Shown: one piece after another, positions 37,591-50,494 of the stretch
Layout: each line of letters begins with the position of its first letter
Numbering within the stretch: position 1 is the first letter of the stretch
Source of the DNA: Hamiltosporidium tvaerminnensis FI-OER-3-3
Lineage: Eukaryota; Fungi; Microsporidia
Assembly (NCBI GenBank): GCA_022605425.2
Contig: JAKIMF020000004.1
Coordinates: 124,001-188,000 of the forward strand
Direction: 5' to 3'
Length of the DNA stretch: 64,000 bases
Made by a program: the position numbers and the translations under genes
Notes under the pieces: generated by a model
What the model saw: only the letters and a program-made list of their open reading frames with translations
What the model was told of the DNA's origin: nothing
Database searches by the model: none

Positions 37591-37798
37591 TAAAATTTTT
37601 TTTATCGTAGAAGTTTGAAATATATTAATATTTAAAAATTTATTTTTTTATAAAAATTGTAGAATCATAAGAACTAGGAATTTAGAAGTTTTATTTAAAA
37701 AATATTTTTTTACCAACTCTTCAAATAATTCATTTTATAATTTTCCCAGTCCAAAAAATGAATTATTTTATTATTTCAATTTTCTTCTTTAAAAACCC

Positions 37799-38383
37799 AT
37801 GGAAAGCCAAGAAATAAAATCAGTAAAAATACCGTTTTATAAACACAATTTAATAAAAAAAGAATGGTTTAAAATTTATACGCCAATAGTAAACCATTGT
37901 TATTTACAACTACGAATGAATTTAGCGACACATTCAATAGATTTAAGAGCTACACCTCATACCAAAGATTTATCTGTTCTTACTAGAGTAGAACAATATA
38001 TAAATTCTATTATAATTGGATTTAATCCAGAAGATATTGTAGATATGTTGAGTGATTCAAATATTTATTACGATTCGTTTAATTTCAGTGAAGTAAAAAC
38101 ACTAAAGAATGAACACTTACCGCGTGCTATTGGACGAGTTGTAGGAAGAGAAGGTAAAACAAAGAAGGCTATTGAATTAGCAACAAAAACAAAGATATTG
38201 GTTATGGATTCTAATGTTCATATTATTGGGAGAAGTGAAGGAATAGAAATTGCCAAAGATTCTATTTGTAGACTTATTATGGGTTCACAACCAGGTAAAA
38301 TATATAATAGATTGCGTATTATTTCTTCAAAACTTAAAGATAAACATTTTGGATTTGAAATTATTAAAAATGACAAAAATTAG
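37799..38383 (+). CDS. PNO1: Pre-rRNA processing KH-domain protein Pno1/Dim2
   Basis: WFKIYTPIV, EVKTLKNEHLPRAIGRVVGREGKTK, LIMGSQPGKIYNRLR. Confidence 0.93.
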   Translation: MESQEIKSVKIPFYKHNLIKKEWFKIYTPIVNHCYLQLRMNLATHSIDLRATPHTKDLSVLTRVEQYINSIIIGFNPEDIVDMLSDSNIYYDSFNFSEVKTLKNEHLPRAIGRVVGREGKTKKAIELATKTKILVMDSNVHIIGRSEGIEIAKDSICRLIMGSQPGKIYNRLRIISSKLKDKHFGFEIIKNDKN

Positions 38384-38500
38384 TAAAATTTATGATTAAA
38401 GTAAATAATTTGGATTTGAAATTCTTAAAAATATTGAAAATTAGTAAAATTTATGATCAAAGTAAATAATTTGGATTTGAAATTCTTAAAAATGACAATA
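38348..38500 (+). repeat. ~61-bp tandem triplication of the PNO1 3' end
   Basis: TTTGGATTTGAAATT[A/C]TTAAAAAT at about 38348, 38409 and 38470. Confidence 0.9.
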
Positions 38501-39055
38501 ATTAATTAAAAAAATAAAAAATATATTTTTTAGGAAATAATTTAATTTATCAATTTCTTTAAAAAGAAATTTCTACTTAAACAGCTAAAAATTTTTTTTG
38601 TTAAAACACATTCTTTCTTGATTGTAATTCGTTTTTTTAAATGCATTTTCATTTCTTCATTTTAAATTAAAATTATTTGAAAAATTAAAGATTGAAAGTA
38701 AAACAGATTACAACTTAATTTCTTTACTAAATCTCTATTAAATTAAAAATACTAAATTTTATTTATAATAAATTTTAATTTAATAAAATTCCGTGTTCAA
38801 ATGTTTTTACAATTTATTATGTTTTTTATAATAAATTTTTATTTAATTTTATTTATTTAAATTTTCTTTTTCACAATAAATTTCTTTACTTGAATTTTTT
38901 AACATCACTTTTTCGGCTAAAATTTTATAAAACATTAAATTCTACTGTAAATTCAAATTAATATTCTTAACTAAAATTTTACAAACCATGAAATTTCTTT
39001 ACTTTAATTTTTTTCGACAATATTTTAACGCCTTTTAAATTATTTATCCCTTCAA

Positions 39056-40267
39056 ATGGAAAACCACAATTATAATTCAAACGGAAAATATATTTTAAGT
39101 GATGGAATTGAAAGTAAAAAAGAAAGTTTAGAAATACGAAAAATACAAAACAGTACTTTTATAAAAAACACGAGTTCAATTAAAGATTCTTTATATTTTT
39201 ATGAAAATGCAATTCAAGAGAACAAAAACAAACAGCGTAATTTATTTATGATTATAAATCAAATTGATTATTATTTACGTAGAATTAAACATCATACAAC
39301 TTATATATTTTCTACTCCTAAATCTTCAGCGAATTCTTTGATTTTATTGACTACGAATGTAAAAGATACATCTAAATCTAATAAAGGATATTTGATAAGG
39401 AGTTTGATGTACAAATATAGAGAAGTATTTAAAGAAGAAGATAAAATAAATCCAGAATCTTCTTTTTGGATTAATATTTCTAAATTGTCTGGTGAAAGTA
39501 AATACTCTTGTTATAATAAGTGGCTTAACGATCTTTCTAACCTTTCTTTAAAGTATAAAAATAGAATTGTTTTGGCAAAAAATAATAAAAAAAATGAAAA
39601 TGAATCGTCTAATAATTTTTATACAGAAGAAAAAACCGACAGTATTTTGAGTCTTTCGCATTTAAAACAATCTAAAGAAAATATTGGAAAAATTGTGTAT
39701 AATAATTTTAAAAATGGTAAGAGTTGGATGTTTATTTCATTTCAGTTAGAAATTCATCCATTCAATCTGTTTAAGAACTATATTTCATATTTAAATAAAG
39801 ATAAACGGTGTACATGGACGGAAGAAGAAAACAAAAAACTTATAGCTGCTACTAAAAAGTATGGGCACGGTAATTGGATATTGATTGCTAAAGAAGTCGG
39901 TACAAAGAATCCCAGACAGTGTTTACACAGATACAATCGTAAATACCAACCAAAGATTAATAAAGGAAGATGGTCAGAAAAAGAAGACAATTTGCTTTTA
40001 AAAGGAGTAGAAATGTATGGAACACGTAGATGGAATAAAATTAGTCAAATAGTTGCCACAAGAAGTGAATCACAGTGTAGAGAAAGGTACGTAAATGTTT
40101 TGGATCCAAATATTTCACACGAAAGATGGACACAAAAAGAAAACGATTATTTGCTTTATCTAATCAGTATTCATGGAGATAAGAAATGGTCATTTATTAG
40201 TTCAATAATGGGTAACCGTACAGATAATCAATGTAGAAGACAATATTTTAAACTTTTAAATCGATAA
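39056..40267 (+). CDS. Multi-repeat Myb/SANT protein (possibly SNAPC4/SNAP190-like)
   Basis: Three clear repeats (WTEEEN, WSEKED, WTQKEN; RTDNQCR) plus degenerate upstream repeats. Confidence 0.9.
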   Translation: MENHNYNSNGKYILSDGIESKKESLEIRKIQNSTFIKNTSSIKDSLYFYENAIQENKNKQRNLFMIINQIDYYLRRIKHHTTYIFSTPKSSANSLILLTTNVKDTSKSNKGYLIRSLMYKYREVFKEEDKINPESSFWINISKLSGESKYSCYNKWLNDLSNLSLKYKNRIVLAKNNKKNENESSNNFYTEEKTDSILSLSHLKQSKENIGKIVYNNFKNGKSWMFISFQLEIHPFNLFKNYISYLNKDKRCTWTEEENKKLIAATKKYGHGNWILIAKEVGTKNPRQCLHRYNRKYQPKINKGRWSEKEDNLLLKGVEMYGTRRWNKISQIVATRSESQCRERYVNVLDPNISHERWTQKENDYLLYLISIHGDKKWSFISSIMGNRTDNQCRRQYFKLLNR

Positions 40268-40494
40268 AAAATGTTTTTAAATAAAAATTTTTTCTCTAAA
40301 AAAACTGTAAAATTCTAAATATTTTGTTAAAAATTTGTTCATCAAAATAAATACAAATTGATAGAAAAACATTCAAAAATTTCTTTATAATTAATAAAAG
40401 GATTAAAACTGTAAAAAAACTGGATTTTAGGAATTATATGAATAAAATTTTACATACAAAGAAATGGAAATAATAAAAATATTACTATTTTTGT

Positions 40495-41213
40495 TAAAAA
40501 GTATCACATCTTTTTTAAAATAGTGGCAAGTTTTATAGTTATTTTCGAAGCATAAACGCAGTTCTGGGTTTAACATGAATAACTGCTACCTCAACACTCC
40601 ATCGGTAACCCCTGCGATACCTACGTCCCAAAGCCTTTCATCTACCAGGTGTGTAGAACCTAATTAATAGGCGAGGCAGTTGCCCGGAGTTCGTTAATGT
40701 CCGTTGCATGGAGTGTGATCGAAGGCCGAAGCCCCCCCTGGGCTCCCCCAAGACTATGCAGCATTCCCACTTACTCTACACTTTCTGAACCCAATAAAAT
40801 TCTAGCTAAGAAATATTTCAGAGACTTACATGGGGTCCACCTAGACAGTGCAATGTCATACCAACAGGTATACCTGCTACTTAGCTCTCCCGGCTTTAAA
40901 TGGTTTTTTGTTTTGTATCTCCCGGGCGCCAAGTCTTCTAACTCGAGTGAGCAAGGCTAGGTTTCCATGCTTTTACATGGCAATTACCTACATGTTCAGC
41001 TGCGGTCTGCAATCTAGTTACATAAAAAATTTCAAATAAGTTTGCAGAAAAAGTTTCGCTATTTCCAAACCTCTACTCCTCATAACAACTCCCATTGAAC
41101 AACGAAAGATATAGTGTGGTTTTTTTCTACCAAAAATTCAAAAAATGATCATCGCACCAGTTTCACACAATCATTGACAAACAGAAAGTTTTTTATGTGG
41201 TTATCCTTCTTCC
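40495..41213 (-). mobile_element. SINE-like repeat, copy I (close to the apparent consensus)
   Basis: Full-length colinear match to the other copies; ATTTTTGT on both flanks may be a TSD. Confidence 0.95.
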
Positions 41214-41502
41214 AATTTTTGTCAGAAATAATGTAATAATAAATTGTATGATAAAAATAATTGAAAGAATTATATGAGAGTATTATATTTTAGTTTGAAA
41301 TAAATAATAATGTAAACATAAAAATTATTTGCATTACAAAAAAGTAAATTTTAACCAGTAATTAAAAATGGATAAAAAAATTTTAAACTGTGGTTTATCT
41401 TATCATAAAAAACAAAATAAAATAATTTAAAAATTTGTCTTAATTAGCAAAATAAAAGAATAAGAAAATTTTAAGTATAAAAATTGTTTGAATATTTTTA
41501 TT

Positions 41503-43830
41503 TTATTGATGATTTTTTAGGGAATAAGAAGAAATAATGATGCATAGGGAGGAAATAAACATTGATAAACATGAAATACGCGAAGAGAGATAAATATTGA
41601 AAGGTATGAGCAAACCTACTGAAATGGGTAATATTGTTATGTTGTATACAATGTTTATGATATAATTGGCGTTAATTCGTTTGGTTACTTTTTTTGAAAA
41701 AAGAATGAAATCTAATATTTTGAGTAAATTGTCACTATTTATATAAACATCTGTAATATTAAGAGTATTGTTTATAGATATTCCTATATCTGATATTTTT
41801 AAAGCAGCTGAATCATTTATTCCATCACCAACCATACAAACTGATGTAAATGGTGTTTTGAACACACTAATTAATTCTAATTTTGATTTTGACGTAAGAT
41901 TGGAATAAAATGTTGGAATACCTAAAGTTTTTGCCACTTTATGTGTATTTTCAAGAGTATCACCGCTTAATATAATTGATTGAATATTTAAATCATTTAA
42001 TCGTTGGATAACTGCGATTGCTTCTGATTTTATTTGATCATCTAGAATAAAAAAGGCAATAATTTCATTATTAAATGACATAAATATTTCTAAATTTATT
42101 TTTTCTTCATTTAAATATTTTTTATATTCAAATTTGTTTGCTTCTTTATCGGAATAGTCTGATACGAAATCTTTTTTTCCCAATTTTACTACAAATTTTT
42201 TGTTTCCATGAATAATTGTTGATTTGATACCGTTTCCTGAAATATATATTGTTTTGTTGATTTGTATATCTTCTTGGTTTAAAAAGTCATATTTTTTCAA
42301 ATAATTGCTACTATAATTATTGTTTGTACTTTTGTCTGTAGAATTTTCATAATTTTGTGTTTCATTTCTGTTGTAAAAAATATTTTTATACAGTTTGGAT
42401 TTTCTTCTATCAAAAGTTTCTTTTGTAAATAAATAAAGTGCTTTTCCAATCGGATGCAAAGAATCTTTTTCTATTTTAGATAAAATATTTAATACAATTT
42501 CTTCAGAAATATTTTTAAAAATACAATAATTTGTCACATTTATATTTCCGTAAGTTAAAGTTCCTGTTTTGTCAAAGAATATTTTTTTAATGGAATTTAC
42601 TTTTAATATCGATTCTATATTCTTAATTATGATTCCTTTTTTGCAGAGAAATTGTGTGGCTATCGATAAAGCTATTGGTGCGGATACTGTAAGTGAGCAT
42701 GGGCATGCCACTATCAATACGTTTAGAGCCACTTTCATTGCAACAAAAATAACGTATGAATTATTAGTTGTGTATAATATCTTCGGTTTTATATTAAGGA
42801 TTCCTAAAATTAAATAAATTAAAAAACAAATTAAAGATATTCCTAGCACGGATCTAATAAATAAATTTACAATTCGATTCTTTCTAATTAAACTGTATTT
42901 TTCATCAAACTGTGAATTCTTAATTAACTGTAATATTTCTGATAAAAATGTGTTTTTACCTTTTTTAGTAACTCTAACTAAAATTCCTTTTCCTATAACT
43001 GTTGTTCCACAGTAAACAATCATTCCTGGTTCCTTCTTTTTGGGAAATGATTCGCCTGTTAAATTAGATTCGTCAATGTGTGTTACTCCATTTGTAATAA
43101 TTCCATCTATCGGAAGTGTCATTTTATTTTCTATTCGGATTATATCACCAACTTTTATCTCATCAATGGGTAAAAATTTCTGTAAATCTGTCTCATAGAA
43201 TTTATAATGACTAACTGGTAATTTTTGTATGAAATTATTCACTTCACTTTCGATATTTTCTCGGAAAAATTTTCCAAATAAAATAAAAAAGCAAATCATC
43301 GATGAAGTTTCTAACATAGAAGATATTTCTTTTATATTTGTATAATCAATAGCTATAAATATAATTGCATATGCGAAAGAAAGAAAAGATCCTAGAAAAA
43401 CCAAATTTTCAACTGAAATATTTTTACGGATATTTATCAACGAAATATTTGTAAAAACAATTAATTGTATAAACAAAGCCAATATAAATTCTATAAATAA
43501 AATTTTTTTGTCTTTTCTTAGAAAAAAATGAGAGAATAATTGTGGAACGTAGAACAATGTTACAATATAAAAAATAGTTGACCAGAACTTTTTGTTTCTA
43601 AGGACAATATATCCATTATCTTTTAATTTTTTAAGAATTTGTTTTTCTGAAATATCATTTCTATCAAAAATTATCTTAATTTGTCTTAAAAATATATTAA
43701 AATATGTGTTTTTGATTCCTTTTGTACTTTTGAGAATGTTTTTGATCTTATTTTCACAGTCGCCGCAAGAGAAATTCTGAATTTCGTATATTTTTTGAAA
43801 CAAGTCTTTATTCTCAGAAGAAATATTCAT
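41503..43830 (-). CDS. Copper-transporting P1B-type ATPase (Ccc2/ATP7-like)
   Basis: HMA motif SCGDC, TGES, CPC, DKTGT, HP, GDGIND and YN motifs. Confidence 0.93.
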   Translation of the reverse strand: MNISSENKDLFQKIYEIQNFSCGDCENKIKNILKSTKGIKNTYFNIFLRQIKIIFDRNDISEKQILKKLKDNGYIVLRNKKFWSTIFYIVTLFYVPQLFSHFFLRKDKKILFIEFILALFIQLIVFTNISLINIRKNISVENLVFLGSFLSFAYAIIFIAIDYTNIKEISSMLETSSMICFFILFGKFFRENIESEVNNFIQKLPVSHYKFYETDLQKFLPIDEIKVGDIIRIENKMTLPIDGIITNGVTHIDESNLTGESFPKKKEPGMIVYCGTTVIGKGILVRVTKKGKNTFLSEILQLIKNSQFDEKYSLIRKNRIVNLFIRSVLGISLICFLIYLILGILNIKPKILYTTNNSYVIFVAMKVALNVLIVACPCSLTVSAPIALSIATQFLCKKGIIIKNIESILKVNSIKKIFFDKTGTLTYGNINVTNYCIFKNISEEIVLNILSKIEKDSLHPIGKALYLFTKETFDRRKSKLYKNIFYNRNETQNYENSTDKSTNNNYSSNYLKKYDFLNQEDIQINKTIYISGNGIKSTIIHGNKKFVVKLGKKDFVSDYSDKEANKFEYKKYLNEEKINLEIFMSFNNEIIAFFILDDQIKSEAIAVIQRLNDLNIQSIILSGDTLENTHKVAKTLGIPTFYSNLTSKSKLELISVFKTPFTSVCMVGDGINDSAALKISDIGISINNTLNITDVYINSDNLLKILDFILFSKKVTKRINANYIINIVYNITILPISVGLLIPFNIYLSSRISCLSMFISSLCIIISSYSLKNHQ

Positions 43831-43929
43831 GCATTAAACGTAAATTCTAGAATTTATTCTTTATTAATTTATATTAAAATGTAATTTAAATTTTTTTTAT
43901 TAAAACAATTGATTTTTAACCTTAAATTT

Positions 43930-46900
43930 ATTCACAATAGGAATAAAAATAATGATACTGTATCTAAGGTGATTATTTGTTACATTCATATAAGATAATC
44001 CTCCGAACTTGTTTTCTTCGCTTATGAATTTGTAAATATCATTAATTGGCTTCTATTTTCGAAAGCTGCTTGAATTGATATATCTATATTTGTCTTAGTA
44101 CGAAACTTACAAATATTTAAAAAATATTCATGGATTGTAAAAATTATTTTTTGAAGGTATACAATAGGCTGATATATTTATTGCAGGGTTTTGTATTTTG
44201 TTCTGAAAGGAGTATCATGAAAAGGCTCTGACTATAAATCAATAATCTATATGTCAAATCTATACAAATTATGAAAAGATGGGTAAAGAAAGTCGTTCAA
44301 CTTAAAGTGAAAGGTAAAGGTTGCTACCAGAAAACCAATTAAGACTAGTAAGTAGTGTGTGAAAAGAAAAAGCGCAGACCCTATTAAATTTTGCTTTTAA
44401 AAAAAAATATTAAACAATCTTAAGACAACGTTGATCGAGCTTAATAAAGTTTTTAGTTAGTAGATCATGTTTAAATGAGACAAAGTATAGCCAAACTTAA
44501 TTTGACTAATTTGATTCTGAAATTTATTAAAAATAAAATATCAAAGTGCAAAATTGAAATAAATGTTGAGCTCAAAAAATATGAAAAAGAAAAATGAGAG
44601 AGGAATATCGCAGGAAATGGTAGTTTGCACTTTTCCGTTTGTGTATAGACCCATTATGCTGAAAGCTCAATTAAAAATACTAGAGGTGGACATAAAAACA
44701 GGTGCATCTTCTCACATTACCAACCTATTTTTGTTTTTTGATTATCCTAAGCTTTTTGCAACCCACAGTTTTGTCTTAATGTCTAGGACAAGTGTAGCTA
44801 AAAGAATTTTAAAAGCTATTCGGTTAGAGCTATACAAAGAGAAGTCAGCAAAGAATGAAACTTGCTAAAATATATTGCTACTATCTAGAAGGTCTTGGTG
44901 TTTATATTTTTTGCAAATAATATAAGATAGTAGAATTAATATGAATTGTAACTTATTCTAAGACGTACAAATAAAATTGATCAACGCTAAAAAGCTTTGT
45001 TGCACTAGATTGATGCTAAAAATCTATTTTTCTTCAACTTATCAACATGCGATACGGTGGATCAACTGCCACATAAGATTACTTCGACTTGAACCGGCTA
45101 CATCTCTAAGTTAAATGATACAGTGAGTGCGTTGCTGGTAAAAAAAATAAGGTACATTTTCGCCGAGAAAGTAAAAAGTACGTTCTTCCTAGAACAGAAC
45201 TTGAAAGGTCTCCATATATTCGATAGTTGCAAAAGCAAACATATGCTTCTGCAAACCTTGGATTGTCTTCGAATAATTAAGGAAAATTCAACATGAAAAG
45301 CAGGAATTTTAAATTTGGGTAATTTTAAGAAAACTTTTTTTGCGCGAATAAAAGGCTTCTTAAAGGTAAAATATTAATGTAATGAAGGTGTAATTAAAAA
45401 GAGTTTAAGGAACTCGACTTACAAAATTATAAAACGATTAGAAAACGAAAGCTATATTCAAAGTTATATAAACCTAAAAATATCAAGCTATTAAGAATAA
45501 ATGACTCCGCAAAATGGGTAACGAAAAGCATTATAGGATCGAATATGAGGCGGTGTTTTGCTATATTTAGTATATAAACATATTCTATGGAGCAGAATGT
45601 ATCAGTCAGTATTGTAATTGGTTAGGAAACAGCAGACTATTAGCAACTCGATATGAAAAAAGGCTTGTACATGACTATAATAAAAGTATAGAGAAACTTA
45701 CAATCTATACATTTGCTCCTATAAATTAGATACAAATTTAGCTCTTCAAAAGCAATTAGGAACATCAAGTCTAACAAATCTTTGATGATGGATATGCATC
45801 AATTTAAATAAACACCAGAGTAAAAACAAATGTCAAAATTTGGAATAATAGATCAGATATATCATTCTAGACAAGAAGCAGAAAAACATGGCCTCATTGA
45901 ATCAGAATTACTTCCAAGACTTATTTCAAATAATCTTAACAAATAAACTAAACCCATAAGGTTTTTTTGTAAGTAAGTTAAAGATTTTTTTATAGATTTA
46001 GTAGCTTAATAATCACATGATAATATAAACTTTTAATTTAACTAAATACAACAAATTATACATACTCTAGCTTGGAATGACTATCCAAAAACGACTATTA
46101 AGTCGAATATAAAAAAAAGAGCAATAAATTTAATTTTTTTTATATCGAAACAGACAATATAGATCAATTATAATTTCACTTGGAGATAGTAAATCAGCTA
46201 AAAATGTAATTATGGAATAAAACGCACAAAAAAAATAGCATATAATATAAATCGCTACATTCCAAATAAAACTCAGGATATTGAATAACAAACTTGATGA
46301 GCGCTGAAGCGTGGATAATTTTATTGACACAAAACCTACTCAAAATTGGAAAAGGAATCTAATCTACAGAAGTTGTGAAAAAACCAATTAAAGTAGACTT
46401 ATAAGGGAAACACATTTAAAAAAAGTTCATATAAAGTTCATTTAGGTATCAATTCATAAAAAAGACATTTATAAGCGCAATAAATCTATCACTTCCCAAA
46501 TTTTCAATTAATTTACCAAAAAATATCGTAGTTAGAATAAAGTCAATTGTGTTATCAAGAAAGTATATAGGTTTTCGATCTTACTACCTTTTATAAACAT
46601 TCAAAGATAGAGTAAATATAATTTTCACTGCCATGTAAGTATTATTTTTGATTTCATCCTGAATTTAGTTATTTTGTATGAATCTTGTTCGAAATATTAT
46701 AGTTGAGTATGAGATAAAAATAATTGATGCCTAATATTTTTCTTAAAAAAAATAATTTTTTTGTTCATTCTATAACTCCTCTTGCGGAAAATATATTCCC
46801 TTCTATATAACGAAGAAATATATAAACTTTTTCATTTTTAAATTAAGTATTTATCTAATCCCATATGTGATAGCCCGGGCCGATATTGTGACAAAGTACA

Positions 46901-47310
46901 CAAGACATACATCAAAAAGGGCAAATACTCATGAATGAAAAAGCAAATATTTACTAATAGTGAACAAGAAGAGAATCGTCTTAATTTCTCTGTTATCGAA
47001 GGAAGGGAATTGAGTCGGGTCTAAATGCAGAAGATATATAGGAAAGAACCTAAATGTATATAGATAAATGAACAAAAGGCATGAAGAACCTACACTTCTT
47101 TACGAAAAGCTAGTATTAAGGCGATGTGTTAAACAATTAAAATACAAAAGATATTTTACTTCTTAGTTTAGATAAAAGAACCACAATAGAAGAACTGACA
47201 ATAATTATAAAATAAGAGTCAAATTAGGAAAGGCAAATATGCTAGTTAAGGATGCAGAAGAATATTTATAGAAGTTTCGAAATTGTTTTTAACCCGGAAT
47301 TTTATTGAAT
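43930..47310 (+). pseudogene. Heavily decayed RLE retrotransposon copy (43930-45945 and 46845-47310) with ~0.9 kb of unrelated sequence inside
   Basis: Colinear with 56535-58915, e.g. CTTCGACTTGAACCGGCT, CAAAGAGAAGTCAGC and the terminal AACCCGGAATTTTATT; many stops and indels. Confidence 0.9.
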
Positions 47311-48099
47311 CAATTTGACTTTTATTTATTTTTTAAAAAATTATTTTTTTAATTTTAAAAATTTCAAACTTTCAAATTTGATTGATTCAATTGAGTATTT
47401 TCAAACTTAAAATTTAATCTGGGCGAATTTATTATATTCTTTTGAAATTGATTATTGAGTTTTCTTTAAGGCACCCGTCTCTTGATTTTAAAAATTGTTG
47501 TTTGGAATCAAAAGTATTTTTATCTTCATATATTAATACTAGGTATACATTTAATAGATGAACCCTGGGATATCTTGAAATTATACGGTATTTCCAGAAA
47601 GCATAAAAATAATATTTTGTAAATAATTCTAGGATTTTTTTCAACTACTCTTAATAACAATACAACAATAAATAAATTATTTGAGTCTAAAAAAAATCCA
47701 TGGTTTCCAAAAAAAGCATTTACGATTAATAAACCAGACTTGCTTATTTAATACTAGAAATAAAATTCAGATCCTTCATATTAAATACTTAAAAACAAAT
47801 TTATTTTTAATCTTGAATCACCTAAGAGCACAATATATTGGTCTAAGATTATTAGCTCCAACGCAAATAACTTGTTTCAAAGTAAAACGTCGTTGGTTCT
47901 TTTATAAATTCATTTTTTTATGAAATAAGTCTTAGCAATAATTTTAACAGCATCTAGTCTTACTTATACGAAATGATAAAAAGATATATTAAATTCACGG
48001 AAACTAAAAAACAAAGTACATTTTTTTGTGGTAATTGAACTCATTGTAAAGTTTTTCTGAATGAAGTATATCTTTTTGTAAAAATATACCATATATTTT

Positions 48100-48766
48100 T
48101 TTAAGGATGACACATGCTATTGCTTTAATGGCACAAAAACAGTTTAATGTTAACAATATATGACTTCTTCTCTAACACAATATCGCGGTCCCTCAATAAA
48201 CTCAAATTTCCACATTTACCTCTAAAGGTTATAGCCAATTAATGAACGAGAAAATTGGTTACCTGGATATGATTCTAGGTCGAAACTCACTCTGCCTCTT
48301 AAGAATTGTACCATTTCGACATACTCTATACTTTTCGAGCCTAATAAACTTTAGCCAATATATATATATCAGCGACTTATGTGGTTTTCTCCTAGTGTTT
48401 CAAAATCAAACCAACAGGCAATACCTGATAGTTAGCATTTAGAGATTTAATGTTTTTTATTTGTATATATCCTAGGCAGTATGTCTTCTTGAATGAGTGA
48501 GAAAGGCTATATCTCAATGCTTTTATATGGAAATTTACTACAACATCAGCCGAGAATTGCAATCTAATTGTATAAGAAACTACAAACTAGCTTTTGAACA
48601 AAAGTTTCACTATTTTGTATATCATCTAAATATAATCAAATATTCCCGGAATGACCGAAAATATGGCGTGAATTGATCACACTAAAAACCTAATAATAGT
48701 TTTCATATTGCTTTCGCCTATTCTGCCAATCAGTTAGCTTTTAATGAGATCATATTTTCTCCACCA
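48100..48766 (-). mobile_element. SINE-like repeat, copy J (very diverged)
   Basis: CGACATACTCTATAC, ACCAACAGG, GAGAAAGGCT..ATGCTTTTA, AAAAGTTTC.CTATTT, TCTCCACCA in element order. Confidence 0.75.
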
Positions 48767-49912
48767 TAAGATTAGTTATTTTACTTATTCTATTTCTTTT
48801 TACGCGTTTAGTATATGATCAATCTAGTATGTTATAAAGATTGTTGGTTTTGTAGCAGAATATAATGAGATATATTTTAAGAAGTCCATATGTCAATAAA
48901 AATTTGGAATAGAGATAGTCGATAGTCTGCAAAAAAAATATTTTAAATCGTTTCTTACAATTGGCAAGCAGAATTGCAATTAGGACAAAATGCTTATGAT
49001 TCAAAAACGCATCACTACATTTCATTTAAAGGGCCAAGAGACGCACTATAGTCCCCCGAAGAACCATAGCAAAAAGGGAATGAGATTTAAATCGAAACCG
49101 AGCAAAATATTGTGACTTGGCTTTGGATGGTACGACTGTGGCCTTTGAACCAATAAAAAATTTAAGATTGAGCTGAAGGATAAAAACAAAAATGGAATAG
49201 AAATTTCAGATTAAATGATAGAGTAAAAGGTAACGCAATCTCTGTATTCTACTTATTCTATAATTTCTATAATTTCTAATTAATAACCATTTGAAAGAAT
49301 ATTACCTTAATATTTTGCTAGTAATCTAAGGTTTCAATTGACTGTAATTCACTCTAGTAATTTTAGCTAGAATTTATACTTTTAGTCTGTTAAAGATAAT
49401 TTTTAGTAAAAACAACCCAAAATATATAAAAAATTAATTTTATTGGTTTCAAAAAAGTCTTCTGCTATGAAACTTAAAAAAACCAATGTAAATATTATCT
49501 ATGGCCTTATCTATATCCAATCAAAATTATAATCATATTATAAAATTAAATGTATTTTTAAAATGTTGACTCGCATTGTAATATCAGAATGACTTATATA
49601 AATTGCAGTTTCAAAGACTTAAACATAAGTAGAGATAGTTTATATTCGGGAAAGAGAAGCAAGGATAGATGTTTCTGTTATAATAAACGAAAAAGATGGA
49701 GACGTAGGAACAAAAAATTTAAGAAACGATTTTTCTTGGCATTCTTAATATTTATTTTACTTACGTAGTTGCTTTCAACCTTTATATAATTTTGCTATTT
49801 GAAAATTTATATAATTTCATAGATTAATAAAACGTAGAAAAGAAATTTAAATTTGAAACGAAAAATAAAAGGTGAGAATCTCCCTTAAAATAAAATCATT
49901 AAAATTTATTGA

Positions 49913-50494
49913 TCATCGATTAGATTTAGCAATTCTTTCAATTTCATCTCTTTTTTTAACACCATAAGAACTTTGAGCACCTTTAGAGGCTGAAATCAAC
50001 TCATCTGCTATAACCTCACTGAGAGTTTTGACACTTTTCATTGCAGATGTTCTTATTCCTTTTGTAATAAGAAAAATAGCCAGATTAAGTCGTCTCAAAG
50101 GACTTATATCGACAGAAGTACGCTTCATTGCACCACCACGTCCTATTCTTGCAGAATCTTCACGGGGACCGCAATTGATAAGGGCATCGACTAAAATTTG
50201 CATAGGATTCTTATTAGTAGAAACAGAAATTATAGAAAAGGCACCTTCCAAAGCTTTCATGGCAAGTCTCTTTTTTCCATTATTTCTTCCTTTTCTCATT
50301 AAAGCACAGGCCAGTCTCTCTGTAATATGAATCTTGGACTTTCCAAAATGCTGTGACGAGTATCTGTTAGATGTATGCGGAACAGAAGTGATAGGAGAAA
50401 CGTTTATGTAAGGAGCTAATGATATATCTCGACATGTAACATCAGAAAAAGAATATCTATCAAAAAGTTTTAATTCGGTAAAACTATCGGCCAT
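49913..50494 (-). CDS. RPS5: 40S ribosomal protein S5 (uS7)
   Basis: GRNNGKK, NPMQILVDA, GPREDSARIG, VDISPLRR, KKRDEIERIAKSNR. Confidence 0.98.
   Translation of the reverse strand: MADSFTELKLFDRYSFSDVTCRDISLAPYINVSPITSVPHTSNRYSSQHFGKSKIHITERLACALMRKGRNNGKKRLAMKALEGAFSIISVSTNKNPMQILVDALINCGPREDSARIGRGGAMKRTSVDISPLRRLNLAIFLITKGIRTSAMKSVKTLSEVIADELISASKGAQSSYGVKKRDEIERIAKSNR

Noticed and set aside
40697-41039. Short ORFs inside the 730-bp repeat (also 19371-19556, 21111-21344, 35493-35717, 48242-48442)
   Set aside because: Frames are broken by indels between copies and fall on both strands; they are best explained by higher GC in a non-coding element
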